This document shows positions 1 through 13,017 of a stretch of DNA of 64,000 bases, in pieces. Position 1 is the stretch's first letter, and every line of letters begins with the position of its first letter. A program made the translations under genes and the position numbers. Below the pieces are notes generated by a model. The model saw only the letters and a program-made list of their open reading frames with translations. It was not told the DNA's origin and ran no database searches. The stretch is from assembly GCA_010093815.1 (NCBI GenBank), contig ML996588.1, one strand, 5' to 3'. Origin of the DNA: Pseudovirgaria hyperparasitica (lineage: Eukaryota).

Positions 1-1122
1 TTCTACTTCTTAGTTAGAAATAGCTAGGATTAATACTAATTATAGAGGATCTCTATTATTTAATATAGTATTATTTATCTCTATAGTAGATTATATCAAC
101 CTTCTCGGTTCTAGTTAGACTATCTTAACTATAGTACTATATAGGGAGTAATTTAAATATAAGAATAGGGTTATTAGATAGTAGTATAGTTAGATAGAAT
201 AATAGAGTATATTCTATTATAGAACGAATTACTACCAAACCTTTTTAGTAGAAATCTAAGAGTATATATATAAAGGGACGCCGATCTATCTAGTATATAA
301 CTATTTACCGCCCTTTACGTTACCTCCTAACCCTATTAGCTAAGGTACGTATAGATTAGGTTCTATCTAAGGCTAAGTCCTAATAGAATTAATATATCTT
401 AATAATAAGGCTCTACTAAAGAAGCTTTAATTTATTAAGTACTACTATAAGGCTTAGAAATAATAGCTATAACTATCTTAGATTATAGAAGGATAGAGGG
501 CTATAGAGCTATACCCGTTTAATTGCTTAAAAGGGATAAATAGTCCTTTTATATTACCTAATTTAGATAAGTATCTAAGGACTCTATCTCTATCTATATA
601 GTAACGGGATCTAGCTAATATACCTCGTGGCTCTTAAAATATATACTATAGGGTAGAGGTACTCCAATCTAATAGTAAGCTATTAAATAAGACTCGAGAT
701 CTACTATTCTTATTAGTATAGTCTATAGAACGGCTAACGGCTAATATTAGATAATTAGAGACGCGTATAGCTAAGCTTAAGGCTTAAAATAATAGTCTAG
801 TCTAAAAGAGAAAATAGAAGAAGGTTAAAATAGACCTTAATAAGTAATTTATAAATATTATATATATAAAGAAGGCTATAGATAAGGAGAAGAAGGAGGT
901 AGTAGTAGAGGTAGTTTAAGCTATTAAACGTGCGGAAAAGCTTAAGGAATTAGGGACTTAATTACTATAGACTAGATAGATAGCCTCTAAGAAGGTATAT
1001 AAGGCTTATTTTTATAAATTCCCTCTATTTTAAGTATATAGTTATTAATATAGGCGTTTAGAGTCGTACTCAAATCACGTGGTTCATTAGTGGGTTGGCT
1101 CATTAGTGGGTACGTCAACTTA
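1..1122 (+). mobile_element. RIP-degraded Fot1/Pot2-type (Tc1/mariner-pogo, DDE_1) DNA transposon, 3' part, truncated by window start
   Basis: Very AT- and TpA-rich with many TAG/TAA stops (RIP signature). Relict translation G*RAIELYPFN at ~491-523 (consensus GW/FRATGLYPFN) and KRK*KKVKIDLNK*FINI at ~806-859 (consensus RKKVxxDPNxxFxNI). Ends in a TIR-like sequence followed by TA. Confidence 0.85.
1081..1122. repeat. Right terminal inverted repeat of the transposon plus TA target-site dinucleotide
   Basis: ggttcattagtgggttggctcattagtgggtacgtcaact|TA: internal direct repeat (tcattagtgggt x2) and ACT-TA end, as in Fot1-family TIRs. Partner TIR lies outside the window. Confidence 0.7.
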
Positions 1123-2660
1123 TATACAAACAAACAAATAACAAGCGGCCGATATTAGCTAGCTAGCCAGTTACATACTCATCTAGCGTTCCGTAATTCT
1201 GACGCCTTGCTGCCATTCATAGTACATTCCATCCTACATTCCACTGGCATAATACCTTCCCCAGTACTTACCACGAGGTGCCCAGCTGCGGCTGTGCTTG
1301 CCGCTGTCCCGCCGTCCATACCTTCTGTAGTGACATACCTACCTACCTATCTATCCAGCTATTCCATACCGGTCTTCAGGCCGGCAGAGCCTTCCCTACC
1401 AAGCTTCAAGCTATTAGTAGCCGCCACTTGCTTCAGCCCCCTTCGGCCTCCTGCGCCACGCCACTCTGTCTCGGTCTGTCTTACCTTTTCGTCACATAAT
1501 ACGACATGCATCATCTTGTCTTAGGTAGATATATTTATATATAAGGTACTACGGCAGGCTTAATCATCACGTGCATCACTTCGTTCGAGCTTGTGAGTCT
1601 GTACTGATTCGTGGTTACTAATCCATCGTTTGGCTCGCTGACTACCCGAGTATAGGTGTGCAGTATATATATATAATTAAGGTGTCTAATTTATCTCGTT
1701 GGTATGGCTCATTCATCTTCCTTCTCCTCATACATGACATCGGTGATAGGGTGAATTCATGTCGGTGGTTTGTGGCCTTGTAACGAGTGTGAAAATGGGG
1801 GACTCTGTTTGGTGTTGATGATGGTTATCATTATTGCTGTTTTTACCCGTAACGCCTTAGCATGCTGACTATCACTATCCGCACTGCACTGACTATCGGC
1901 ACTGCACCGCAACGCTGCACATCTGCGCCGCCCGGTATATTCCATTCGTCATCTTCGTAGCAAGCTTGCCTTGGAAGCACACAGCCATGTGCTGGGGGCG
2001 ATACTGTAGGGCTGCGTCGAGAAAAAGATTATTCAACCTTCAGTCACTGCTACCTACCCGGCGCAGCATCAATCAAGCCAGCCAGCCAGGCGTCCGGGTA
2101 GGAGGCATTCTCACACATTGCTCTTCCGCTGGCTATATAAGCATCCCGCCCACCGTGTTCTAACAGCCGTCTCTCGATCCATTGGGCAGTCAACGCAACT
2201 TCACTACGCCGTGTATTGCCTTCTCGTACTGCTATGGGCAGCGGCGTGCTCGCTCTCTGCAGACAGTGTAAACACAGCACTATGGTGATGGGCGTCTCGT
2301 GAGCACACAACAGATTATGTGGTGTGTTGAGGGGGCCGTTTTGATGATGATCTTCACTAGTGTCCATCATTGACGGATGTCCGCATCGTTTGGGGATCAT
2401 GTTGGATCGAGACTTTTCTATACGATGATGCAGTTCAGATAATAGTTGTGAATCATAGTAATCTATTCATTCTGTGCTAGGTAGCATAGATGTGGTCTAG
2501 CCTACATCGGGCTAGTCCTGCCTTACAAGGAACCTGATCCGTCCATGCAGCAGGCCCTCGTCGTCACCACAACAGGCATCCACAAGTCTTTGTATTCCAC
2601 ATACCCGGTAAAAAGCTACTCCCCCCTGCAATCACCTATATATTGTCCTTCTATTCGAAC

Positions 2661-3502
2661 ATGGCTTCCAGCAGCTCTTCGCAACAGCCGCTGCTCTAGT
2701 ACGTCCCAGACCTGCCACACAGACACACCCCCGAATAGGATCCTAACCTCATCACAGTGCATGTATCGCATATGGGACCACGATCCTGACCGAGCACACC
2801 ACTTCCGCGGCCTCCAATGCCTCCGGCGTGGCACCCATGCTACTGCCGCAGATCAAGAAGCGACCCGACAAGAAGACGGTAGTCTCTGAAGGATTGCATG
2901 CCCACTACATCGCGGCCGGCCACGATGAATATCCTGCCAGCGCACGCTCCGCCGGAGGGCTCACCTACGTCGTCGTGACCAGACAGGATCTGCAAAGGCG
3001 CATCGCGTTTGGCTTCCTCATCAGCATCCAGAAACGCTTCCTCGCGCAGTACCCTGAGACTACTGACTTCTCCGCATTGCCGGCCTTTGGTGCGGGTGCA
3101 TTCAATGGGACGCTCAAGAAGCTCATGATCGAGCAAGGCACAACCGAAGAAGGGCAGCAAGATGCAATTAGACAGGCAAAGTCCGAGATCGACGCAGTGA
3201 GGAATATCATGACCGAGAACATCGAGCGCGTCTTGGAAAGGGGCGAACGAATCGATCTCCTCGTCGACAAGACGGACAGGCTTGGAGGTAGTGCGACTGA
3301 CTTTCGTGTCCGCAGTCGTGGGCTCAGGAGGAGGATGTGGTGGAAGAATGTCAAACTCATGGTCTTGCTGGTGCTTGTCGTTATCTTCCTCCTCTACCTC
3401 TTCGTCGGCTTCGGTTGTGGGCTACCAGGTGAGCAGTATTGCGCGGGAGATCGTCGCATTCACTAATACTTCACAGGTTGGGGGAGATGCCTTGGACATT
3501 GA
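2661..3502 (+). CDS. Longin-domain R-SNARE (VAMP7/Nyv1-like synaptobrevin)
   Basis: Exons ~2661-2698, 2758-3428, 3477-3502 with GT..CTAAC/CTAAT..AG introns. Longin N-terminus (LLYACIAYGTTILTEH), SNARE motif IMTENIERVLERGERIDLLVDKTDRL, WWKN followed by a TM helix. Confidence 0.93.
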
Positions 3503-3897
3503 CGAAGATGCATATGAATTTCGCTTCTAGGTGTTTGGCGCTCATGATAGGTGCATTTGCATGGTTGCCCGAAGACTCACAAGATATGCGTGGGTTTAGT
3601 TTGATACCCTCACTCTGCACATTAAACAGTTACTCTTCTATGCATTCAATAAATCAGTGTTCATCTTTTATTCGCACTCTTCACCATCATGCCACCACCC
3701 ATGCCGGTCTCCGTGTCTGCATCTGACAAACGCCACTAGTGGCGCATGGAAAACTTAGGTTCGCAAACGTCACCCTCTCCATTCTCCCAGAACAACGAAC
3801 CACATCTTGCATTTCGCTCTCCAATTCTACTTTAAGACTGACCCAGAAATCTGCTGGCTCAGTCAAGCGCATCTCTCAAGTCAATTTCCAAAGTTAT

Positions 3898-6800
3898 ATG
3901 CAATCAGAGCCCCAACAAGCTTCCCAAAACATTCATACCGAACAGCCCACCCCCTCAACCTCCGAAGCCTCACAGCATGGACTCCACCCTGAAGAACTGT
4001 CAGCCTTGCATCTCTCCTTGGATGGAGATGATGCAAGAGCCCACCAGGCTTCATCCAGCCACCACGACGACGTCGCAAAGGTCACCAGCGTCGAGGCAGC
4101 GCGCGTCGTGGCTTCAGTCGCGCAAGAAGAGACGCGATTGAAGCGTACACCATCACCTCCCAGCAATCGAATCTCTGATTACGAAGCTGAATCTGCTTCT
4201 TCAACCCCATTGAGGACATGCAGCGAGGGCCGGTCGTTCGAAGTCGTCAAGAAGCTCTCTGATAGCGTAGATGACAAGTCTTACATTGATAAACTTCCCA
4301 ATGGTATGATCGTGCCTTTTGCATTCTATGCCCAGTCTGCTAACTCACAGCTCTACAGAGGTCCTGACACATGCAATCTCGCACCTCTCTCCTACCGATC
4401 TTTCGGCCGTCGCGCTCGTAAGCCGTCGATTTCATAGTCTAGTGACAACACCGCACGCGTGGAGGGCTGCATTCGGCAGATATTTCCCTGGCGCAGAGGA
4501 ATTGCGTCAAGAAGTAATCACTTCCTCCAATGGATCAGACATCGTACCGTCGGGCAAGCGCGCTTTCACGAGACTCACTGCTCTCGCGTCGTGGCGAAGC
4601 GAATACATTCTCAGGACCCGCCTGCTCAGATCTTTGGCCAGAGGGAAGCCTGTCCGTATCTCCGCTACTCCAGCCAATGCGCGTGCTGGCCAGCAGCAAA
4701 ATCCCGTACCTATGACAATCTACAACTCGCAATTGTTCACAACGGTCAATCATATGCACGCTGTTTTCGGTACTGGTCTCAACAAGCGAATGCCGCGTTT
4801 CATACATGGTGCCGACGAGATTGGGTCCGCGTGTTGCAGTGATCCAACTACCGTCAAAGTCGACCCCTGGGGACTCTCTGACCCAACACCATTCTTTCAG
4901 TTTTCCGACGCTTTCCCAGGAGATTCACAATGGGGTCTCGGCGCAGGTGACATAATTGGAGTACCCAACGTCATGGATGTCAGCCAGCCATATGGTATGT
5001 TGTATGGAGAAGGGCATCCTGGTTGTTCGGCCTACTTTCGTGCCACGGACGAGCTACGGGGACGTGTTCTTGCTGCGCCTTCGGATGAAGCACAATATGA
5101 CATTGGTATGCCAGCCGTGCTTGCTAGTCGGGAATGCATTACATCTGTGTGGATCGCCAAATCATCCAACGTGCCTCATCTGAGTGAAGGCCTAGTCGGA
5201 ATGCTTTGTGGCTTGTCATGCGGTATCATCTCGTCTTACTCGTTGGGTACTGATGGGACACGAGGTCGGCGCTTCTTGAAAGGCGAAACGACTGCACGAT
5301 GGGTATTGAGCCCTGGAGTCCCCATTATTGCCATAGCTGTCGATGATGACTACTCTATGAAACGCCAAGCCCAAAATAGGATCTGGGCGGTAGCTCTGAA
5401 CGCCCTGGGCGAGATCTTCTATTTGACCAAATTCCCCAAGCTATCTGGTGAAAAGCGGCGTCCAACCGATCTAGAACGAGCTTCATGGGAACGGGGCAGG
5501 ACCACGCACTGGATCCTCGTAGAACCTAGTAGGCGGACCGCCCGCGTCAATCCTTACGACGATGCTTCCACAGCTACGGGGAGTTACACGCCTCGGTCTT
5601 CGTGGGACGGTGAGTGTCTTTCTGTGGCACAGATACGGGCAGAAACACGTGAAATGGAAGAGTATATGAAGAAGAGGCCGAAAGATTTCCGTCAGGTATG
5701 CACTGGCTGGGACATGAGGCGCCGGATAGAGGTTGACTTTGCTGGTGATGACGGGCATTATGCCGGCGAGTCGATTGCGGTTTTCGAATGTGGTCTAGAC
5801 GAAGATAGCGTCTCAAGCATTCGACGCTTCACTCGCTGTAAGCTGGAGGAGCCGTCGGGCCAGAGAGCTTCATCTCCTTCTCTTACGACTGCGAGCGAGA
5901 AGTCATCACAGGAGTCCTCTTTGTTCGGTGGACCCTCGACACCAGACGCCTTTGAGAGACCTCAACGGCCTCGTCGAATCTCGACTCTGTCTCTGAGCAG
6001 CTCCCCTGAACGTGGCCACCTCATCGAAGAGTGGCGATTATCAACATTGACATTTGGAGGCTTGAAGTCTGTTCAACTCACAACAAGCGCAATTGACTCT
6101 TCAATGCTTGCAACGATGACTCTCTCAGAAGATCCAATATTCGGATTCTCCACCATGTCAAATGCGTCCTCACCATTTGCATCACCGCAATCTATGGCAA
6201 GCCAGCCGTCAAATCCGGCCGACGTTCCAGGTCAACGAGCTCGTTTCGTCGCCGCAGGCACTAGCACGGGTATAGTCCTGCTCTGGGATATACGTGCACC
6301 TATCTCCAAAAACGTCGAATTTGCGAATACCGTCGATCCGATCCGGATCATCTTCACCGACTCTCCGGAGATATCTTGTTTGGCAATTACAGGTCTGTAT
6401 ATTGTCCACGGTGGAAATGATGGCCTCGTTCAAGCCTGGGACCCACTGGCATCGAGTCCACTACCTGTGCGAACGCTCCACTCGCGACACTCATCTCGAG
6501 CACGACGTCGACTGCAACAAGCACAAGCTTCTGTGCAAGGAGTTGGCATCAATTTCTTTGCGGCTGGCGCCATTTGCCTTGACCCAGATCCTACAGTGCT
6601 ACGAGGCATAGTTTCCATTGGGACATTTCTACACTATTGGAGTTTCAGTTCCTCCGCCGCGGATCAATACAAGGGTAGCAAGCGAAGACTTAGACGCGGT
6701 GAAAGAGGCAGCAACAACAGTGGCGCAACTTTCTCTGCTAATCGTGGTGGAAACCTGAAAGGATACATCGCGAACGAGAAGTTTGAGTTGGAACTCGAGC

Positions 6801-7375
6801 AGCGCAACCAGCGCCGCGAAGCCAATCGCATGGCTGGTCGCTTTGGCCTTGGTCTGCTTGACAACGAAGACGAAGCACTGGCCTATGCAGCTCTGCTATC
6901 ACAGGAGAGTCTGGAGAACGAGGCAAAGCGGAGACTGAGCGAGAATAGCGTCCAGAGCAACGACACCGTGATAGTACCAAGCTCCTCCGAAACGGCCACA
7001 ACGCCAGTCAATGACGAGGTCGATCCTGAGATTGCAGAAGCTATTCGCCTGAGCTTGCAGGAGAGCTCTATATCAGAGACCCACCAACCGTACTATTCCT
7101 CGCCACCAACCGATTCAAGCTTGGACTCGTTCAGCATCCCGATCAAGTACGCGAAGAACAAAAGATCGCCAAAATCCCGTGCAAAGACGACATTGGCGTC
7201 GAACTCGTCGTCGCCGCCAGCTGCTGCTGCGGAAGGGTCTAACAGGGCTGAGCTTGACGATCTGGAGTACGCGATGCAACTGAGTCTTGCGGAGGAGAAG
7301 AGTAGACTCGAGTCAGTGGAGCAGAATGACCCCTTTCCCTATCTGTCAGGCGGGAAAGGCAAGGGCAAGATGTAG
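3898..7375 (+). CDS. F-box/WD40-like protein with C-terminal UIMs (Pof10/Ufo1-like)
   Basis: Intron 4304-4358 joins LPN-EVLTHAISHL (F-box). WD-like segments (GIVLLWDIR, GLVQAWDP) and three UIM-like motifs (EALAYAALLSQE, EIAEAIRLSLQE, DLEYAMQLSLAE). Confidence 0.88.
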
Positions 7376-7822
7376 ACTGCGTTTCGGACTAGGTTGTGAC
7401 GCCTTTTCGGTGGGATTTCATTTGACTTTCTCTTCTAGGTCTCACTTCAAGTTTAATAGCTCTTGTTGATTGTTGTTGTTGTCGTTGTAGACTGCTGCTC
7501 AATATATTCATGCTTTTTCCCTGTTGCTGTCTTGAGTGGCTCAGTATGCTATCGTGTGAAGAATTTCTAAGACCGCTAAATCTGTCACTGGAAGTCTGAG
7601 TAGAACCGACCCAAAGACACGACATAAGTGTATGATCCCTCATAGAGAGAACGGATCTGAAAAGGGGACGTTGAATATGCTCACTTATACCGCAATCATA
7701 GAACACCTCATCATGCACACCCCCAACCGAGCTTCATCCGGACCCACTTAAAAGTTTCAATGTCTCGTGAATTCATGCATGCTTGTCGCATTGCAGATGT
7801 ATCGTCGAACAATGCTGCGATA

Positions 7823-10800
7823 ATGACTGAGCAACAAATGGAAGAAGATGAGCACCAGATAGTGACCGTGAATAGTCCGGAGCAGCTCGCGAAGCTGCTG
7901 CATTTCCAGCAGGACACGGCCGTGGCCTCCCATGGTAAACCTCTAATTCTTGATATGTCAACAAAATTGTACTAAATCAGGGTAGATCTCAAATCTGCAA
8001 AGGGATTCCTCCAGACGTGCCTGGCTACAATATCTGAAGCAACGCCGACAGGGAAGAATGTCGATGTTTTCTCGGCATATCTGGAGCGTCAATTCGCTCA
8101 ATATCAGAGTGGATCGAAGGACGACGCCGATAAGCCGGCTTTCTTACCGGATGTCTTCCAGACGTGGAATCTCGCCGTTACGAACAGCAATGATCGCCTC
8201 TTTGCACTGTCCACTCGCGTTCTTCGGCTTATCCTCCAGTGTATCTCCAACTCGTTCGACTTGAGTCGTTTTGGCGCCCCGTTGTGCCGGACTCTCTTGC
8301 AGTATGGCAACCTCAAGACGGTGTCGCGTGGGATGTCAAGCGTCAAGCTGAGTGTCAGTTCGCCGTGTCTCCAACTTATGACAGAGCTTGTCACCTTTGA
8401 TGGAGGTGCGTTTGCGCGACAAGTCTTTCTGAAGCGCGAGTGGACGTTCGACTCAAGTGCTCTGTCGCGCAAGCTTGGCTATGCCAATCGTCGTGGGGAG
8501 AATGAGACGTTCGAAAAGGTTCGCGAATCCATTAGATCTGATGCAATCAGATATGTGTTGGCCCACCTGAAGTTTCAGCCTGCGCAGACGCAGATCGAGA
8601 TCTTGAAGCTGGGTAATGTGGTGCGGCCGATGTTTGACCACCTGATATCGGATACGCATGATATTGCCATGGCGGTACTGGACACGGTTCGGGAGAGTGT
8701 GCTCAGGAATAAGGGCATACCGAGGTCTAGTAAGAGCTTTCTGCTTACAGACCGAGTGCTATCGAATGTTGCAAAACTTTACCACACAGAGTCCCACGAT
8801 ACAGAGGATAGTGCAGAGCGAAACGTGCACGATGTTGCACACTCGTTTCTTCTGTTGGCGTGTACATCGGCTCAGAACGGAACGCTATATGACTCTTGGG
8901 GCTGGTATTACCGGAAAAGGGAGGATATTGAGACGAGCAACGATCAGGTTTCGTTCCCGCTGATGACAACACCAACTGCCACGTCCCTGCGAGGTCATGA
9001 GGTCCATCCGCGCAACACGAAATTGGCCAGTTTTCTCCAGACGCTACGGCCATGGGCGTCAAACCTGGAGCAAGATCTTACACTTGCCATCTTTGAGAGC
9101 TGCCCGGAGTTGATGGCCGACTACTTCCTGAAGAAGTCAAGTTTCCAGTTTGACCCGAAACTGACGGCAACGTGGATAGGATATGCGTCGTTCATGTATG
9201 CTTCCATATCACTACCGGTGCCGAAATACTTTGGGCGAACCGGTTCGTACGACTCGTCGCCTCCGCAGCTATCAGTCATACTGGAGAATCTTCTACCGTC
9301 CGCCCTCAACCAAGCAGTACTTACCCGCTGCCTGAACCAGAGCGTGGAGCTTATCACCTTTTTTGCAGTCCGAATCCTCATCATAGCGCTGGAGAAGCTC
9401 GAGACCGTGCTCAAGATGTTTGAAGAGGCATGTCTCGCCAGGAACAAGGCAACCTGGGAGGCCGCTGGCCAGACGTTGGTATATGAATTCTGTCAACGGT
9501 GTCCGAAGATGAAAGATGCCGTCGCAGTATTCTTCAAGTCCAAACCTGAACGCCAACTTGAGCGTGAAGCCATCACACGGCTACTGGCGCTCTACTACCG
9601 AGTCGTGCCATTGACCGCGCTCGAAGAGAACCTCGACGTCTCGAAGCATCTGACGGAGATACTGAAGGCTGATCCACCGCAAGACCATGGAGCGAAGGAG
9701 CTTAAGCTTCTCGAGCTAGGCCATTTGCTGAACTGTGCGAGATGGTCATTGTCCATGAATTGGTTCAAAAAGGGGGAAGGGTCTGACCTGTCCCCATTCA
9801 CAGCACTGCTGAAGATAGTAGCTGGATCCTCGTCTGAGTCGGACCTACAGAGCTCAAATTCCACCGATCAGATACGTGATATCGTGGCAAGCGTCGCACG
9901 GGACAATTATTTCCTGCAGTCTGAGACCGACGTGTCGTCTTGTGAGGCCCTTGTCTTGAGCATAGCCATGTGTCCCGGCCAACGCTTCCTGAGCTTCCTC
10001 GACGACTGCATCGCCAGACATGTCAAGCGACCGATCAAATACTGGGACGACTTGGAGACCCTCAAATCGAAAGACAAGACACTTGCCCATGCCAAGGGTC
10101 CATTGAGCATGATCTGGATGACCATCTACGAGCAATCCTCGTTCCTACGCGATGCCGATGACATCCTCATCGAGAGAGCCGCCTGGATAGCACGCTTCTC
10201 GCTCTGCTGCAAGGCGATAGGAGAGAATGCTACCCTCATCGACGCATCAATGCACCACATCGCCAAGTCCAGCACCAAAACCATGCGCACCACAATCAAA
10301 AAGACCCTCAGAGACGCCTCCTCACACGAACGCAGCGCCAAACAAACTCTCATCCAAACCACCCTCTCCACCAAACCCCAACCACCACCACCACCACCAC
10401 CACCACAAACCGCCCCCGAACCCTCCGAACCCCCTCCAACCAAAACCCCAAAAGTCAACTTCACCTTCCCGCCCCCCTACGACCAAGACCACCCAGCCCT
10501 TACCCGCGCCCCACACAAAGACATCGAAGCCCTCATCGCCGACGCCGACCTCCCCGCCCTAATCCTCTACCTCTCCTCCCCCGACCTGCACATCCGCATC
10601 CAAGCCCACACCCTCCTCTCATCCATCACCTCCGCCCTGCCCCACTCCCCCTACCAAGAACGCACCCAACTCGCCCTCCTCCTCGGCGAACTCCTCGAAA
10701 CCGCCAATTCATTCCATACTCTCCACTCCTCTTCTTCTTCTTCTTCAACCCCCTCAACCCCTTCAACCCCCGCCCTCAAATCCATCCCGGCCCTCCCCTT

Positions 10801-11419
10801 CACAGCAACCCAATTCGCCGCCCACGCCCTCCCCATCCTCGCCGACCCAACACACCCCCTTTACCCCAAACTAAACTCCTTCCTCAACCGCGAACCAGCA
10901 TGGCACATCCCCCGCCTCCCATCCTACTGGCTCCGCTCCGCCGTCCTCAACATCCCTTCCTCTTCCTCCAACAACAACGTAGACGACTACGACCCCCACC
11001 GCGAAATAACCTGGGTGCTCGACTACCTTATCGACGCACTTGCCTCGACGGCAGATCTGAGACTGTGTTTTCGCAAGGGGGTGTTTGAGAGGGTTTGTGC
11101 GTTGTATGGTGGGGCGAAGGCGAAGGCGAACGGGTCGGCGACGGCGGGGGTGGGGGTAAAGGGGAAGGTGTTGAGGTTGTTGTGGAGGGCGACGGGGCTG
11201 GAGGGGGGGAGTGATTTGTTGGTTACGAGGTATGCGGTGTTGGGGTGGGTGAGGGGGATGAGGGCGGGGGATGGTGATGGGTTTGAAGGGGCGTTGGGGG
11301 AGTTGGAGGAGAGGATTGTGGCGACGTGTAGTCGGGAGAGGATCGGGGAGTGGAGTCATGGGACGGTTGTTGTTGGGGCGGCGGGTGTGGGTGTGGGTGA
11401 GGAGATGGATGTGGATTAG
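7823..11419 (+). CDS. URB1: Nucleolar pre-ribosomal-associated protein Urb1/Npa1
   Basis: Exon 1 from ~7823 (alternative ATG 7760), intron ~7935-7985, then an open frame into the 1052-aa ORF. Conserved FDPKLTATWIGYASF, LNQAVLTRCLNQ, HPLYPKLNSFL, WHIPRLPSYW. Confidence 0.85.
10381..10405 (+). repeat. (CCA)n microsatellite encoding poly-proline in URB1
   Basis: accaccaccaccaccaccaccacca inside the C-rich tract; translates as a poly-Pro run (KPQPPPPPPPPQ). Confidence 0.9.
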
Positions 11420-11571
11420 TTAGTTGGTTGAGGGAATGTAGGGTAGGATGTGTGTATTATGTTTGGATAATGCTTATTATCAATCGCTCGAGACTTGTAT
11501 TTGATACATTTGTTTGATTGTTCTCACTCCTAGACTATGATATCTCCAAGCAGGGACAAGCAAGTGTACTC

Positions 11572-12546
11572 TCACATCCCAGCCCATTCAATACAGAAAG
11601 TACGCACGTCTACCGCATCATCGGGCTGTGTTGATGTCTCGGACTGTGGCTCCCGACCTCCTACAAGGTAGCCCTTCTTCACCGCCGTGCCTAGCCGACC
11701 ACCTCCAACGAGATCGAGCAGGTTGAACTCTTCGTCCCAGTCCTTGCCGACTGCTAGGAAATGACTGTGATACCGGAGCGGGTCGCCAGGGTACACACAG
11801 TACTTGCACCCGAAACGGAGCCCGGGAGTCATAAAGTAGCCCTTCTTGTAGAGGTGGGAGAAAAGTGGATAAGAGCTGCCGACCGCCGGGAGAGGCAGCG
11901 AGGATTCGGCATGCATTGGTAAAGGTGGGTGCGATGTCATAGGTGTAATGTGCCATTGATCGACCTTTTTAAGCAGGTCGAGCTCAGGCTTTGCATTGAC
12001 AGGAGTAGACGGGGCGCCAGAGAACAGAGACACATCGTCGTCTGTCTCCGTGGGAGCACCTTGAGAAGACTCCGTGGCAGAAGCAATGCTACTAGGCTCT
12101 TCGTCGACACCGAGATGCAGAAGATCACCTGACGCAGGCTTGTCCTTCGCCTTACCTTTCTTCTCTCGCTCCCTTTTGAAGTGCTCTTCCCTCTTCTTGT
12201 CTGCTTGGCGCTTACCAGCTAAAGAAAGCTCACGGCCCTGTGTCGCGAGGATACTTTTGAACACTCTCTGCTCTTCAGCACTCATCCCCCAGATGCCTTC
12301 TCGATGCGCTAGTGCATCGTCTACGAGGTACGCAACGCCCTTTTCAACAAGAACTCTGGCTTCTTCAGGCATGAGCTCGAGAGGCACACCGAGGAAGACA
12401 TTTTGTTGCGATACGTGGGGTATGGTACCAATCAGTACACCACAGACGTTGTGCTCACGCCGCAGATATGCGATAGTCGGTGTATCGAAGAGAAGATATC
12501 GACCTTGCACAACCGAGATCGGTATCGGCGTAGTCACGTCGGCCAT
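11572..12546 (-). CDS. SEN34: tRNA-splicing endonuclease subunit Sen34
   Basis: LRREHNVCGVLIGT..QQNVFLGVPLELMPEEA N-terminus; catalytic region GYFMTPGLRFG..YCVYPGDPLRYHSHF..GRLGTAVKK; intronless. Confidence 0.95.
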   Translation of the reverse strand: MADVTTPIPISVVQGRYLLFDTPTIAYLRREHNVCGVLIGTIPHVSQQNVFLGVPLELMPEEARVLVEKGVAYLVDDALAHREGIWGMSAEEQRVFKSILATQGRELSLAGKRQADKKREEHFKREREKKGKAKDKPASGDLLHLGVDEEPSSIASATESSQGAPTETDDDVSLFSGAPSTPVNAKPELDLLKKVDQWHITPMTSHPPLPMHAESSLPLPAVGSSYPLFSHLYKKGYFMTPGLRFGCKYCVYPGDPLRYHSHFLAVGKDWDEEFNLLDLVGGGRLGTAVKKGYLVGGREPQSETSTQPDDAVDVRTFCIEWAGM

Positions 12547-13017
12547 GTCGGCGGACCAGTCTGGTGAAGCACTGATTAGCTAAATGCTACAACACGCTTC
12601 ACATGCATGCTTCGAAATGTAGTCCCTTGGTTGCTTTCATATAACGGATCTCTTGTTGTGTTATGTAGTCATCAAAGTCGAAACTCAGTGGATTGACAGA
12701 TTATAACGGTTGATAATCATGCTGAGGGGGAAGTTACAGTGTATGAAGAGAGTAGTTAGCTTACTGTTCTATAGGTTACTGGCTGTTTTGACAGGTCCAG
12801 AGCGCATAAATTCATGGCGGTTGGCGATCCATGTTGGACCGTTGGAGAGGTGTTGTGGGATTACAAAAAAGCTCGGAGGTCGTAGAAATTCTTTAATCGG
12901 TATGACTAAGCGGGCGCTCATACTGCTATCGGAGATGTCTTGGCAACTGTGGACTACATAGTCCATGCCGATATCTGGCTTTCAACAAATTGACGCCAAG
13001 GCAGTCGCTGTGTAGTG

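Noticed and set aside
1123..2500. ORFs 1207-1524 and 2050-2400, a small actatc-gcactgcac duplication (~1869-1908), possible solo LTR
   Set aside because: No protein motifs and no paired TG..CA/TSD structure that can be verified in this window.
10126..11359. Overlapping poly-His, poly-Trp, poly-Gly and Pro-rich ORFs in URB1
   Set aside because: Alternative-frame by-products of the (CCA)n repeat and the skewed composition.
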